The translations under genes and the position numbers were made by a program. A stretch of 63,152 nt of DNA, the filler included, from Octopus bimaculoides (taxonomy: Eukaryota): the NCBI RefSeq assembly GCF_001194135.2. It is 10 parts of 10 records of this genome, joined end to end, with 100 filler letters (N's around TTAATTAATTAA, not from the genome) between each part and the next. Parts side by side here need not be neighbours in the genome. Positions count along the whole stretch, not along the records: positions 1 to 18,416 come from NC_068982.1; 9 more parts are not named here. The stretch is one strand, 5' to 3'. Below are positions 1 through 13,895 of the stretch, one piece after another (position 1 is the first letter of the stretch; each line of letters opens with the position of its first letter). Under the pieces are notes generated by a model. That model saw nothing but the letters and a program-made list of their open reading frames with translations. It was not told the DNA's origin and made no database searches.

Positions 1-149
1 GAGTAGCCGAGATGGCTAAGAGACGTCTTGGCATAGCCGTTTTGGTGCCGCCTGTCTCTCTCTCTCTCTCTCTCTCTCCCTCTCTCTCTCTCTCTCTTTC
101 TCTCTCTCAGTCTCTCTCTCTCACTATCTCTCTCTCCCCCTCTCTCTTT

Positions 150-350
150 GCAGAATCGTTAGCACGCGGGGCAAAATTCTTAACGACATTTTGTTCGTCT
201 GTACGTTCTGAGTTCAAATTCCGCCGTGGTCGACTCTGTTTTGCATTCTGTCGGAGTCAATAAAATAAGTATCAGTAGAATACTGAGGTCGATGTAATTG
301 ACTTAGCTCCACTCCCGAAATTTCAGGCCTTGTGCCTACAGCAGAAAGGA
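150..350 (+). mobile_element. SINE family A (GAGTTCAAATTCCGCC B-box type)
   Basis: B-box-like GAGTTCAAATTCC plus the shared body ending AGGCCTTGTGCCT; multiple copies in the window. Confidence 0.75.
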
Positions 351-654
351 CATTTCTGCACGCATACCTGTATGTGAGTATGTGTCTGTGCTTGCCTCCA
401 GTGCCAAAAAGTGGTGTTACCAAAACAGGTTAACTGTCTACTCAACCGCGCCAAATCGTTAGCGTCCAAATAGCTGCGCCAAATAGTTTCATTTCGACCT
501 GAAATTGGGTGGAAGCGAGGGAAAGAGCAAGGTATTCTGAAACCAGAGACTCGTCTGAATGCTTGCAACACATTGTACTCCACTAAAGGCACCCAAAATA
601 TCCAGTGAGGGTGTATTAAGCCAAGTCAATTGAAATATTACAGAGATATTGGTT

Positions 655-866
655 TCGAAGTTTAGCACAAGGCCTGCAATTTCGTGAGAGGAGTAAATCG
701 ATTGCATTGACACCACTGCTTAACTGGAACTTTATTTTATCGACCTAGAAGGGATGAAGGGCAAAGTCAACCTCAGTGGTATTTGAACTCAGAACGTAAA
801 GACGGACGAAACGCTGCTGAGCATTTTGTCCGGCGTGTTAACGACTCTATCAGCACGCCATCTTAA
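655..866 (-). mobile_element. SINE family A, inverted relative to 150-350
   Basis: Reverse complement of the same body. Confidence 0.75.
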
Positions 867-1366
867 GATATTATAGAGATATTGAAGAGGATAATTCCCT
901 GACTTAAGACAAATCTTAATTATGTTTTTTTTTTTATGAGCACATATTTTGATTGGTTTTAATTATTGTCCGTTACCAGATGTGTGTTATTAATTTGTAA
1001 AACAGGAAGAAACCACTATATCGGCTCTTCAGGTTTAAGCTAAACCCATAATTTTTGCTTCTTCCTGTTTTGGAGGCTTTACAAAATAGCATCTTACAAA
1101 TATAATTTGTTTCCGCAGGAAGAGCCATTCTAACAATGCGTCCTGCCCTAACTCTTCGAAACGCTTAGTTTTAGAATGGTGGCAGCTGATGAAGGAAATG
1201 TTCTCTGTGTGGCCTGTGTGTTTTCTGTACTCTGTTTATGTTCTGTTCTTCATTTCGTCCACGTTTTTTTGTGACGTCCTGTACCCAGATATGCATCTAT
1301 ATATACATGTAGATGTAGGTTTGTACATACATGTACGTATATATGCATATACTCACATATTATTTG

Positions 1367-1411
<45 letters not shown>

Positions 1412-2605
1412 CTGAATAATGAATTAGACGGAGAAAATGTAACATCGCCTGCAAAATTCGAACGCAGTGTCTGCTGAAAACTATGCAGTTGTGCTAATCA
1501 CAACACCAAAGCAACGACGCAACGCTTGACCGCCTAAATTAAGTTGCTCATATGACATACATACATACGCAAATACATACATACACACACATACATAATA
1601 CATACATACATGCATACACACACACACATCTACATACATACATATATAATACATACATAGACACATACATATTTGTGTGAAAGCGCGCGGCCTAATGTGT
1701 ACCCCCCCCCNNNNNNNNNNCACACACACACATACACGCACAAGCATACACATTGCTTGATACAAGAATACCATCGGACGGTATCGAAATTGTCACGTTA
1801 TTCAGTTGATAACTGATGGCGTTTTAGAACCTGTTTACGCTCGTTTCCTACTTTTTATTTTCTTCTGTATAATGTCATTCTGTCAGTTATGCCACCTTTT
1901 TGATATTACTGTCACACTATATACTGTTATTCACAGATAAACATTGATAAGGGTTGCTGCATCCCTTATCCCCATTCCCTATATACAGCACCCCTTTGTT
2001 GTCCGACATCTTGATAAACCATGATGAAGTAGATCTATCCTCAAAGATCTTTAATCTGTGACCACCACGTTTATTTTATATATATATCTAGGACTGACAT
2101 TGTTCTGTATATCCTTCGCATTTGAAGACATTTGTATGAATTTAAAGCTGGTGTTTCTAGCAATTCAAAAGACAGCGTGGAGACTCTTGATGGTTCGTTA
2201 GAGTAAGTAGGGTTGATGTAATAAAATAAATATTGAATGAAAAAGAGGGTGAAGAAATATAGATAAATTAATTAGAGAATGAAATGTGAGAAGGAAATAG
2301 ATAAGGAATAACTGAAATGAGAGAAAGGCGGAAAAGCAGAATGAAAATGAGATGAACGATTGAATGTAAAGAAATTAGAACGAATCAAAGGAAATGAATG
2401 AAAGAATGAAAGAATATAAGAAAGAGAGATGAAGAGAAAACAAACATGAATTATGTTGGAGTGAAAAATATATAAAGGGAGAGAAAAACAGAAAGAAAGG
2501 AAATCAAGTGGTGGTGGTAGTGGTGGCAGAAATACAGACACAAAGACACACACATACATAGATATATATATACATATAAATGTGCGCGCGCGCATGTGTG
2601 TGTGC

Positions 2606-2647
<42 letters not shown>

Positions 2648-2649
<2 letters not shown>

Positions 2650-3128
2650 ATCTGTGTGGCAAGAAACTTTCTTCTCAATAACATGGCACCTTGGGCAAGT
2701 GTCTTCTACTGTAGCCTCGAGCCGACCAAAGCCTTGTGAGTGGATCTGGTAGTCAGAAACTGAAAGAAGCCAGTCGTATNNNNNNNNNNNNNNNNNNNNN
2801 NNNNNNNNNNNNNNNNNNNNNNNNNNNNNNNNNNNNNNNNNNNNNNNNNNNNNNNNNNNNNNNNNNNNNNNNNNNNNNNNNNNNNNNNNNNNNNNNNNNN
2901 NNNNNNNNNNNNNNNNNGCATATATATATTTGTGTGTGTCTGTGTTTGTCCCCATTCCAGCGCTTGGCAACCGATGTTAGTGTGTTTACGTCCCCGTAAC
3001 TTAGCAGTTCGGCAAAAGAGACAGACAGAATAAGTACTAGGCTTACAAGGAATAATTCCTGGCGTCGATTTGTTCGACTAGAGGCGGTGCTCCAGCATGC
3101 CCGCAGTCAAATGACTGAAACAAGTAAA
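2648..3128 (+). mobile_element. SINE family B (tRNA head, internal microsatellite, conserved tail) spanning a gap
   Basis: ggcaagtgtcttctact...gaaactgaaagaagcc head, then tail cccgtaacttagc...gctccagcatg...tgactgaaacaag. Confidence 0.75.
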
Positions 3129-3197
3129 ATAATATAAATATACACACATATATATATATATATATAGATAGATAGATAGATATATAGATAGATAGAT

Positions 3198-3333
3198 ATG
3201 ACGGGCTTCTTTCAGTTTTCGCCTACCAAATTTACTCACAAGGTTTTGATAGAAGACACTTGCAGTGGGACCGAAAGCGGAACCATGTGGTTGTGAAGTA
3301 AGTTTCTTAGCAAACAGCTGTATCTGCGCCTAT
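3198..3333 (-). mobile_element. SINE family B head
   Basis: gggcttctttcagttt...aaccatgtggttg...ctgcgcct. Confidence 0.65.
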
Positions 3334-3335
3334 CA

Positions 3336-4785
3336 TGAAAAAGAAAGGAAAAAGGCAGAAACGAAGATGAAAGGAAGACAGAAAGAAACAATGGGGTGAA
3401 GAAAGAATCAAAGAAAGAAAGGAATACGAAAAAAGAGATAATTAAAGAAAAAGTGAGAAAGAAAAAGGATTGAAAAGAGAAGCTCGTAGTAAAAGAGTGA
3501 AAGAGTGAAAGTTATAATGAAGGAAAAAATGAATGACAGAAATAATGAAAAACAGAAAATGTAGAAGCAAAAAGAACGGAATATAAAAAAAGAAGAAAAA
3601 ATAAAAAAAACATAAAAATGAAAAAGATGAAAGGAAATAAATAAAGAAATAAAGAAAGAAAGAAAGAAAGAAAATGGAAAAGGGAAAAGGATGGAGAAAG
3701 AAAGAATGAATGAAAGGAGAAGTGAAGAAGAAAGAATGGATGAAAATACGAAAGCAATATGAGAAGAAAAGAATGAAAAGAAACAACGAAATAAGGGAAG
3801 AAGGCACGAAAGGAATGTAGGAAGGAAAAAATGAGAGAAGGCACGAAAGGAATATAGAAAGAAAGAAAAAAATGAAGAAAAAGTAAATCAAAAGAATGAA
3901 ATGAATATATAAAGAAACGGAATGAATGCTGTTGAAGGAAAAAATGAATGAATGAATGAACGACGAAAATAATTCGTCAAAGAATAACACAGAGAAATAA
4001 GGACAAAATACAGGATGGTTGTGGGAAAATGGAAAAGGAACGAGCAAATAAATGAACGACTTATTGGTGGAATGAAACGGAATATAGATGAATAAAAGGA
4101 AAGAAATGAAAAATTAAAATGGAAGAAAGAATAATTTAGGAATGTAAGGAAAGAAAAGGAGAAATATAAATGAAAGAATTTATTAATGGATGAAACAATC
4201 ATTGAATGAATAGAATTTCTAATTGAATGACTAAAAGAATGAAGAAATGAAAGAAAGAGAGGAAGAAATAGGAAAACGAAGGAATATCTGAATGTTAAAT
4301 GAATGAAAGAAATATATTTGAATGTTAAATGAATGAAAGAAAAAGTAAATGATAAAGACAGTTTTAGAAACACACAGGAATGAATAAAATGTGTTTAATT
4401 AAAAGTGGAGAAAGAATGACAGAAATTAAAGAATGAAGTATTGAATAAGTTAATGTATAAGAGCAAGGTTGACGGAAAGAAAGAAATAAGAGAAAGAAGA
4501 ATGAGGGTAAGAAAGTAAGGTAATGAGGGTAAGACAGAATGAATTGGTGAAATGATCAAAAATGGATGAAAGAATGAATGAATTACAGGACAGAGAAATA
4601 AACAGAAAGAAAGTGTGAACCACTCATTTATTGGTCGATGGAATGAATGAACGAATTAAAAGAAAGACGAGAGGAGACAGAAAAAAGTTTGAAACAAAAG
4701 AAATTGAGAGGAAAAATTTGTGAAGAAGTGTTGAATAAAAAACAAACAATAAATGAAAGGCAAGAATGAGTAAGAGTATCACAGC

Positions 4786-4844
<59 letters not shown>

Positions 4845-7330
4845 GAAGAGAAAATAAAGACAGAAGAGTGCAGGGGAATAAGAAAGGGAATGAGTTAATT
4901 GAATGAATAGAAAAATAAACATAAAAGAAATTATCAGGCAACGCCATTACGAATGAATGAATCAGTTGAATGAGTGAAAGAAATAATGAGGACACGAACA
5001 GGAATGAAAAACAAGGTATGAAAGAAAAATATCAATAAAGTGTTAAATGCAATTACAAAAAAAAACAACCAAACGAAATCAAAACAAAACAGGGTGAATG
5101 AATGAGTGAGAAAAGAAATTATTGAATAAATAAAACGAAAGAATAAATGAGAGTATGTTTGAAGGAAAGAAGAAAAATGAAGTCTGGAAAGAACGGAGGA
5201 ATGGAACAAGAATGAGTTAGTAAATTGATTATATGAAAGAATGAATTACAGGATAGATAGGTAAAACAAAAAAAATTATGCGGCATAGATATTGTGAATG
5301 AATAAATCAAGTGAATACATGTATGAATGAATGAAAAGAAAACGAATGAAAACAGAAGAGTTTAAAATATTTGAATGATGAGGATTAGTGAAAAAATTTT
5401 GAATGAAATTCAGAAGGAATGAATGAATTTATAAGAGAAGGAATTATCGAGGAAGGAAAGAATGAATGAGAGTAAGCGTCATAGATAGATAAAAACAAAG
5501 AGAAAGACCGAAAGAAAATGAGTGTAAGAGAGTTCTGAGGAATGAGATATGAATGAATTTATCAACTGAATGACCAGGACAGAGAAATAAATTGAAGGCT
5601 ATTACGTGATAAAAACATAACGAATGTCTCAACTGAAGAAACGAATAATTTCATTCAAAACTACTTGAATGAAAAGAATGTGGAGAAGAAAAATTGAATG
5701 AGATTTTTTTTTAAAATTGAATAAATGAACGAAAGAATGAAAGGAGTGCTAGTAAATAAAGCAGAAAGTGGAACTATAAGAATGAGTTAATAAATGAATA
5801 AATAGCAATATTGTAAAAGAAAAATGAATGACAGAATAAATAAATGAATAAATAAGAAAACAGAATGGATGAATGAATGAATGAATGAATGAAAGCAACA
5901 AAATATGCTTCATTGAAGGAAATATAGAATAAAATGAGAGAACGCAACTGAACATGGAATGAAAGAAAAATATAGAAGTAATGTATTACTGTATAGTAAC
6001 GGATAAGAATTTAAGAAGGAGAGAAAAAAATGAATGAAACTAGATGACTGAAGAAATAGAAACGAATGAATTAATCGGAAAACCAATGCTTGAATGAGAG
6101 AAAAGAAATGAAGGAAAGACGGAAGATAAGCAGAAAGAAAAAAAAGAACAAGATAGGAGAAAACTCGATATGGAGAAAGAAACAATGAATGAATGAATAA
6201 CTGAATAAGTAAAAGAAAAAGATAAATTTAAGAATGAATAAATCGTCTATTTAACAAAGGGAGAAAGGCAAAAATGTACAAATGAGCGAATGAAAAAAGA
6301 AATAAACATATAAGTGAGTGAATGATTTTAATTAGTGAATGAAAAACGAGATCACGTGGGAATGAATTATTGAATGAGTGAATGAAAAATGAACTAGTTA
6401 AAGAATGAAAGAAACAAAATCAAATGAATGACTGACTGTATGATTGAATGAAAACAGAAATTTTATAAATGAATGAATTATTGTATAGGTGATGGAAGAA
6501 ATGAAAGAATGAATAAATGAACAAATGAAGCAAGAATGAAAACACAGGATATAAGTGTAAAACTGAATGAGTGAATGAAAAGAGAATTTGTGAATGAATG
6601 AATTTTTCAGGAGATGAATGAAAACCGAACGGATTACTGAATGAAAGAATGAAAGAAACAAAGTTAAATGTATGAATTAATAAAAACAGAATTTTTTTTA
6701 ATGAATGAATTATTGAATGAAAAGTGAAGGAATCACTGAATAAATTAAAGAATCAAGGAAGAGAATATTAATGATTGAAATAGAGAAGATGTATATAAGA
6801 ATGAATTATTTAATTAGTGAAGGAAAAACATTGCATAAATGAGGGTAAGAATGAATTGAATGAGCGAATAAAAACAAAAAAATGTATATATGAATGAATA
6901 AATAAATGAAAGAAATTATAAAAGAACGAATGAGTGAATGAATATAATAAAAAGAAAGAATTTATGAGAAGAGCAACTGATAAATATATAGAGGTATAGA
7001 TATAAGTATTGTTAAAAAATCATATGCATGAATTATTAAATGAAAAATGAACGAAAGAATGAAGGAATGAATGGAGGAAAGAATGAACGAATGAATGAAC
7101 GAATTAAGGAACGAGTGAAAGCAATATGGAAAAAATAAGAGAATGAAACGACAGCTTAGGAAGATAAAATTCCAAATATATAGGAGGAATAAATGAATTT
7201 TATTTAATAAATTTAAGAAACAGAATGAAAAGAAAAATGAAAGAAAATGTAAATGAATGAATGAAGATATAAATGAATGAAAGAACGAATGAAAAAACAC
7301 GAAGGAAAACAACATGTGACGAAAAATAGA
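3336..7330 (+). repeat. ~4-kb purine-rich degenerate (GAAT/GAAA)n low-complexity tract
   Basis: Almost entirely A/G with recurring aatgaatgaa; contains (AG)n at about 4788-4840. Confidence 0.9.
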
Positions 7331-7539
7331 GAAGAAATTTGGATGGAAAACACGTTGAAGATGATGGCGACTACAAGCAAATAGAAAAATTTGTCTCTTA
7401 AAGAGGTTCTATGTCTATAAAAGCAACACAGACTAAAACTAACGATATTGCTGGAGCTTGGAGTTTTTAGCTTTTGTTTTTGTTATATTTTTACAAGGTT
7501 CGATCGATAGTTCTGGCGGCTTGTTGTACCAGCAGTGGT

Positions 7540-8795
7540 TAGGTGGTGGGGGAGGGAGGAGGCTGACTGTAGCCGTGGAGGCGGCGGCGATGGTGATGCT
7601 CGTGCGATGGTAGGGGTGTGGAGGTGATGCTGTAATGGTGGTGGGAGTGAGAGTGGGGGCGGTAATGACCGTAGTCGTAGTAGTGGTCGTGGTGGTGGAT
7701 GTCGGAGTGACGGAGGGGTGGGTGTAGTTGTAGTGGTGGTAGAGATGGTGAGGGACGTGGTAGTAGTGTTGTTGTTGGTGGTGATGGTGGAAAGGCTGGT
7801 GATGGCGGTAGCCGTGGCGAAGGTGATGGAGGTGGGAACGGGCTGTAGTCGTGGTGGTGGTGGGGTGGTGGTGGTGATAGCGCATAAGATAACTTGTGGT
7901 AGCGTTGTTGTTTAGCCCCTGGTCGGTATAAACGAACCGATGTACAATCAAAGGCGCTTCAGCCGTGGCTATCCCACCTTTTCAAGTATCAAGGACCACA
8001 TTATGCATCACCCCTCCCTATCTCTATTAGATGCAGTGGGCTGCGGTTTGAAAACCATTTGCATTTAACCCCAGGTCAACACGAACCGAGCATACTTTCG
8101 ATCAACGACAATCCAACCATGACAACCTCATCTTATTCCTACGATCAACAAGCCCTACCCCACGTTAACCGACGTGCGCCCTTTTTTCTCAGTATGTAGG
8201 AGTGATTTGACTAGTATTTCTAGCAGGTCGGGCCGAAAGACCACATTTGAGGCTCCGTTCGAGACTGTCTCGGTAAGTATAGGCGCCAGCAGAATGTTAA
8301 CATTGATATTACCTAAGTAATTTGAGTTGTGGTATAAGTTGTACAAAATAGGTGGGTTGTATTGGTTGTATGGGTTGTGGTATTAGTGTTCTGCTAAGGA
8401 AATTCATTAACAACAGTATAGACATTAGTACAAATGGTTGTGGTACCACTAGCGAAAAGGTGGAAATTACAGTTGTGGTCATAGCTGAAGTGGTATTCTC
8501 TGATGCAGTATGAGAGTCTGTACCAAAGTGTATTCATTGTATAGGCAGTAGTAGTAGTAGTAGTAGTAGTAGTAGCGTTAGTTGTGGTACTGGAGAGCCG
8601 GGTGTAAGTTAAGGCGGTAGCAGAAGTGTCGTGGTATAAGTTATAATAGTTATAAAAGTTGTGTTGGCTGCAGTATTTATCATTAGTAGTAGTAGTAGAG
8701 GTTCGCTGTAGTATCGGTCGAGTTGTAAGTGGTATGATACGGGTCGTAGTACATGTAGATGTGGTGTGTTGTCAGTCCATGTTATAGTAGTGATT

Positions 8796-8863
<68 letters not shown>

Positions 8864-8944
8864 GGTGGTGGAAGTAGTAGTGGTGGTGGTGGTGGTGGTG
8901 GTGGTGGTGTTGGTAGGTAAAGCCGACAGAGCGTGGTAAAATTT

Positions 8945-8987
<43 letters not shown>

Positions 8988-10385
8988 AGACGATGGAGGT
9001 GATNNNNNNNNNNNNNNNNNNNNNNNNNNNNNNNNNNNNNNNNNNNNNNNNNNNNNNNNNNNNNNNNNNNNNNNNNNNNNNNNNNNNNNNNNNNNNNNNN
9101 NNNNNNNNNNNNNNNNNNNNNNNNNNNNNNNNNNNNNNNNNNNNNNNNNNNNNNNNNNNNNNNNNNNNNNNNNNNNNNNNNNNNNNNNNNNNNNNNNNNN
9201 NNNNNNNNNNNNNNNNNNNNNNNNNNNNNNNNNNNNNNNNNNNNNNNNNNNNNNNNNNNNNNNNNNNNNNNNNNNNNNNNNNNNNNNNNNNNNNNNNNNN
9301 NNNNNNNNNNNNNNNNNNNNNNNNNNNNNNNNNNNNNNNNNNNNNNNNNNGGTGCTGATGGTACTGGTGGTTTTGGCGTGACGGTGGCGTGTTGGTTGAC
9401 TGGGTGGTGTGGGGGACGTGTGGCGGGGAGAGGCTTCCGTGATGGTTTCGACCGCTTTTGTGGTAAAAGGCAGATGGCAGTGATGCAAGCTTTGTTGTGA
9501 AGGTGGCGACGGCGTCGGCGGCAGCGACGGCAGCAGCGGTGGCACCGGCAGCAACGGTGACGCTGATGGTAATGAAGGCAGCGGCGGAGGCGGCGGCGGC
9601 AGCAACTTTGGGAGGGGAGGGGAGAGGAGAGATAACGTGGTGGGTGGGAGTACGATGGCGAAGAGGCGGCACTAGTTTACTGGAGGCGACGGTGGTGATC
9701 ATTGCAATGATGGTGGCTGCGCTAGTGGTGGTGGTGGTGGTGGTACTTCCGTGGTAAATGGTATTAGTGGTGGTGGTGAGCATGGTAGAAATGGCGGTGG
9801 TCACGTTGACAATGGTATGGTCATCGTGGCGCTACAGTGGTCTTAATGATATTATTGATATCGGCGATGATATTGATGGTGCCGATGGTATGGGCAATGA
9901 TGGTTAGTAGTTGTACCATTGGCACTGGCGATGGTGCTCGTGGTGGAGGATTGTTTTAATATTGGTATGGGCGACGTTTGTTCTGTGGTGACATGCCAGT
10001 CTTACAGTTGTAGATAGTGTTGTAGTTGTTTTTGATGTTTAGCCCCGTCTCATCCTGTCTTATCCCCTGATTAGTGCGTTAATCAATCCCGGTCATATCT
10101 AATGTGTCCTGCCCAAGGTCGGGCGTGATTTAAGGGAGATTTGGCTCTTATTTCTAGTAACTGATTGACCTATGATCAATGGCATTACCAGCCGTGGCCA
10201 TTACATCTTATCCTTATATTATCATTAGAAAATGTTATATTACCAAGTGTAGTTTTCAAACCGTAGGACGTGATTTGAGGGAGATTTGGTTGCTATTTCT
10301 AACAACCTGATCGACAAAGTAGTGGCTGCCTTTAGTGTCGCGGGTTGTGGTGGTTTGGTACTATTAGTGTCACAGTAGTAGTAGC

Positions 10386-10440
<55 letters not shown>

Positions 10441-10460
10441 CTGGTGGTGGTGGTGGCAGC
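7540..10460 (+). repeat. G/T-rich trinucleotide low-complexity region, (GGT/GTA/GGC)n
   Basis: Pure (TAG)n and (GGT)n runs with degenerate interspersions; the long ORFs here are homopolymeric. Confidence 0.85.
10035..10330. repeat. Dispersed repeat (GTGATTTGAGGGAGATTTGG...TATTTCTA family), two partial units
   Basis: Related motifs at about 7908-8270, 24600-24740, 53395-53470 and 55915-55985. Confidence 0.5.
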
Positions 10461-10828
10461 GTTAACCGTCCGTGCATGATCGATGCGACACGGCCGTTCC
10501 CAGTCATCGTCACCGTTTGCAACACGCCATCATCGTGTGACACGACGGATACACACACACACACACATACATAAATACATACATACATACACATATACAT
10601 ACACGCATGCATATATATATATACACACATACACACATACGTACACATACAGATACATGAAGACACATATGTGTACATATATCACATTTAACATTTAATA
10701 TGTATATATATATATGTGTGTGTATGTATGTGTATTACATTTAATATGTATGAATATATATATATGCACACACGTCTGTGTATATATGTATGTATTTCCT
10801 CCCGTTGACGTATATCACTAAATATATA

Positions 10829-10874
<46 letters not shown>

Positions 10875-10922
10875 TATATTGTGTGTATATGTATTTCCTT
10901 TCGTGAATGTATATTTATGTAC

Positions 10923-10984
<62 letters not shown>

Positions 10985-11707
10985 GCAGGGTATACATATG
11001 TACACATATTTATATACACACGCACGTACAGAGGTATCCATCAAGCGACACCTTAACTAGACACACACTACACGCACAAACACATACACACACACATGCA
11101 TACACAGATACATACACATTTTACTGTCACCTTTGCCCCGCTCCCCCCTAACATCTCCGTCACCATTCCCACCAGCACAACTGTCACCTTTAACCTCGTC
11201 ATCACCGTCATCACCACCACCTACACCGCCACCATTACCACCTCCACCACCATACATTGCTGTCACCTTTAGCCTGCAGCCAGCACCACCACCAGCCACG
11301 ACACCACCTTTACCACACTCATAACCGCTGACACCTTTTACACTCTCACCGCCGCCGCCACCACCACCACCACGGCACAGTGCCACAATCACCTCCACCG
11401 TCACCACCATCACGTCACAACCATTACCGCCACCACCACCACCATCGCTAGATGTCAGCAGCAGCAACAGAAACGTGTCAGCCACATAAGCTGGAAAGGA
11501 GACAGTTTATCGCCTCTCACCTCTTAACTCTTCTCCTCTTCCTGCTCCTCCCCTCTGCCAACCCTAGAGACATACACATACACACACATATACATACACA
11601 CTGGAACATATAAAGACACACACACACACAGGTACACGTACACATACGCACACGTACCGATAAAGACACACGAATGCATACATAAAACCACACACCGATA
11701 AAAACAT

Positions 11708-11784
<77 letters not shown>

Positions 11785-12955
11785 NNNNNNNNNNNNNNNN
11801 NNNNNNNNNNNNNNNNNNNNNNNNNNNNNNNNNNNNNNNNNNNNNNNNNNNNNNNNNNNNNNNNNNNNNNNNNNNNNNNNNNNNNNNNNNNNNNNNNNNN
11901 NNNNNNNNNNNNNNNNNNNNNNNNNNNNNNNNNNNNNNNNNNNNNNNNNNNNNNNNNNNNNNNNNNNNNNNNNNNNNNNNNNNNNNNNNNNNNNNNNNNN
12001 NNNNNNNNNNNNNNNNNNNNNNNNNNNNNNNNNNNNNNACCCCACACATTCCCCGCAACACATCCTTCTCGCTCCCCTCCCTCCTCTCCCTCTCTCATTC
12101 TCCCTTCTTTCTCCTCCCCTTTCCCTTCCCTCCTCCTTCTTTCTCCCGCAACCTTTCTCGTCTTTCCACCTCCCACCATCACCGTCGATTCCCACCGACG
12201 GCGTCACTGCCGTCATCCCACATTCATTGCATACAAACGTACATAGATACATATATAGAGACATAAATTTACACACACACACAAACATACATTCACGAAC
12301 ATACACAAACATCTACACACGTTCACACAGTCACTCACTCTGTCTACTTCTTCCTGTCTCATACACTATACATACACATTACAGAGCTACTCACACACAC
12401 TTATACATATAAATTATATACATAGACACACGTATACACATACACACAGTCACATCACATGTTTTATCATTAGTCTTTCTACGTATGTAACGCATACATA
12501 CATACACATACATACATGCACACATACATATATACATACTAACGACAAGACCAACAGTTCGTGCAGATACACACATAAATAAATACACATATTCACATAG
12601 TGTTAAAGAGAACACCACCACGCTCTCTCTCTCTCTCTCTCTCTCTGTCACACACACACATATATTTAGATACACATACAGGTACACAATTCACAGTAAC
12701 ACCTCGTACGTACATTCGCAAACGTTTCTGTGAGTGTATAAGTATGTACGTACGTACGTGTGTATGTATGTATGTATGTATGTATATATGTATGTATGTA
12801 TGTGTTGATTCATACACATACATACACACATATACATGGATAGAGATTGTTACTCATATGAAAAGAGAGTATTATCCCAGTTTAAGCACATACATACATA
12901 CATACATATACATGCATATACTGTAAACTCTCTTTCTCTCACTCACTCTCCCACA

Positions 12956-12991
<36 letters not shown>

Positions 12992-13414
12992 CACACATAC
13001 ATTTATATACACCTACATATATACATGTATGTATGTACGTATGTATGTATGTATATATGTGTGTGTGTATGTGCAAACATACATATACATATATAAACAC
13101 ACACATACGCACACACATAGGCACAGTTATTGGTCTCAACACATATACTGCTTTCACCATCTCGGTACACAATTACACATATACACTATCATAACAGCAC
13201 AACACACATACATACACATATTGGCGTCTGTGTACATATGTACGTGTGTATACACATATATATATATATATATATATATATCTATATATATATATACATA
13301 TATACATATTCATATACATATATATTATTATACTTACAAATACACATATTGAACAATATTACAAATTTCACAATACGCACGCACGTACGTACATACACAC
13401 ACACACCATGTGCG

Positions 13415-13449
<35 letters not shown>

Positions 13450-13621
13450 GCATAAATACATACATACACATACATACACACTATCCACCACCCTCCGCTT
13501 AATCGATTACTATTACGTGTCTGTCTTCAAAACTTCTACCCCCACCATTCTCTTCCTTCCTCTCTCTCTCAGTATCTCTCTCTCACACGCACATGTACAA
13601 GATCTTATTTACTTTCCTCTT

Positions 13622-13678
<57 letters not shown>

Positions 13679-13843
13679 CATTGTCTTACACATTTTCTTT
13701 CTCCCTCTGCTTTTCTCTTTCTCTCCCTCCCTAACTTTGTCAGTGTGACAACTCTCTCTCCCTTTCCCTCGCTAACTGTCCTCTTTTGCGTCTTCTTCCC
13801 GTTCTCTCTTATCTTTTATCTATCGTTTTTATTTTCTTTCTCC

Positions 13844-13895
<52 letters not shown>

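Noticed and set aside
3442-7315. Many Phe/Ser/Leu-rich 'membrane protein' ORFs
   Set aside because: Translations of the antisense strand of the purine-rich tract.
8782-9804. 340-aa minus-strand ORF with poly-Ala/Thr/His resembling a transcription-factor low-complexity region
   Set aside because: Built from ACC/GCC/ACT repeats that lack stops, spans an N gap, several frames are open, and no domain is recognisable.
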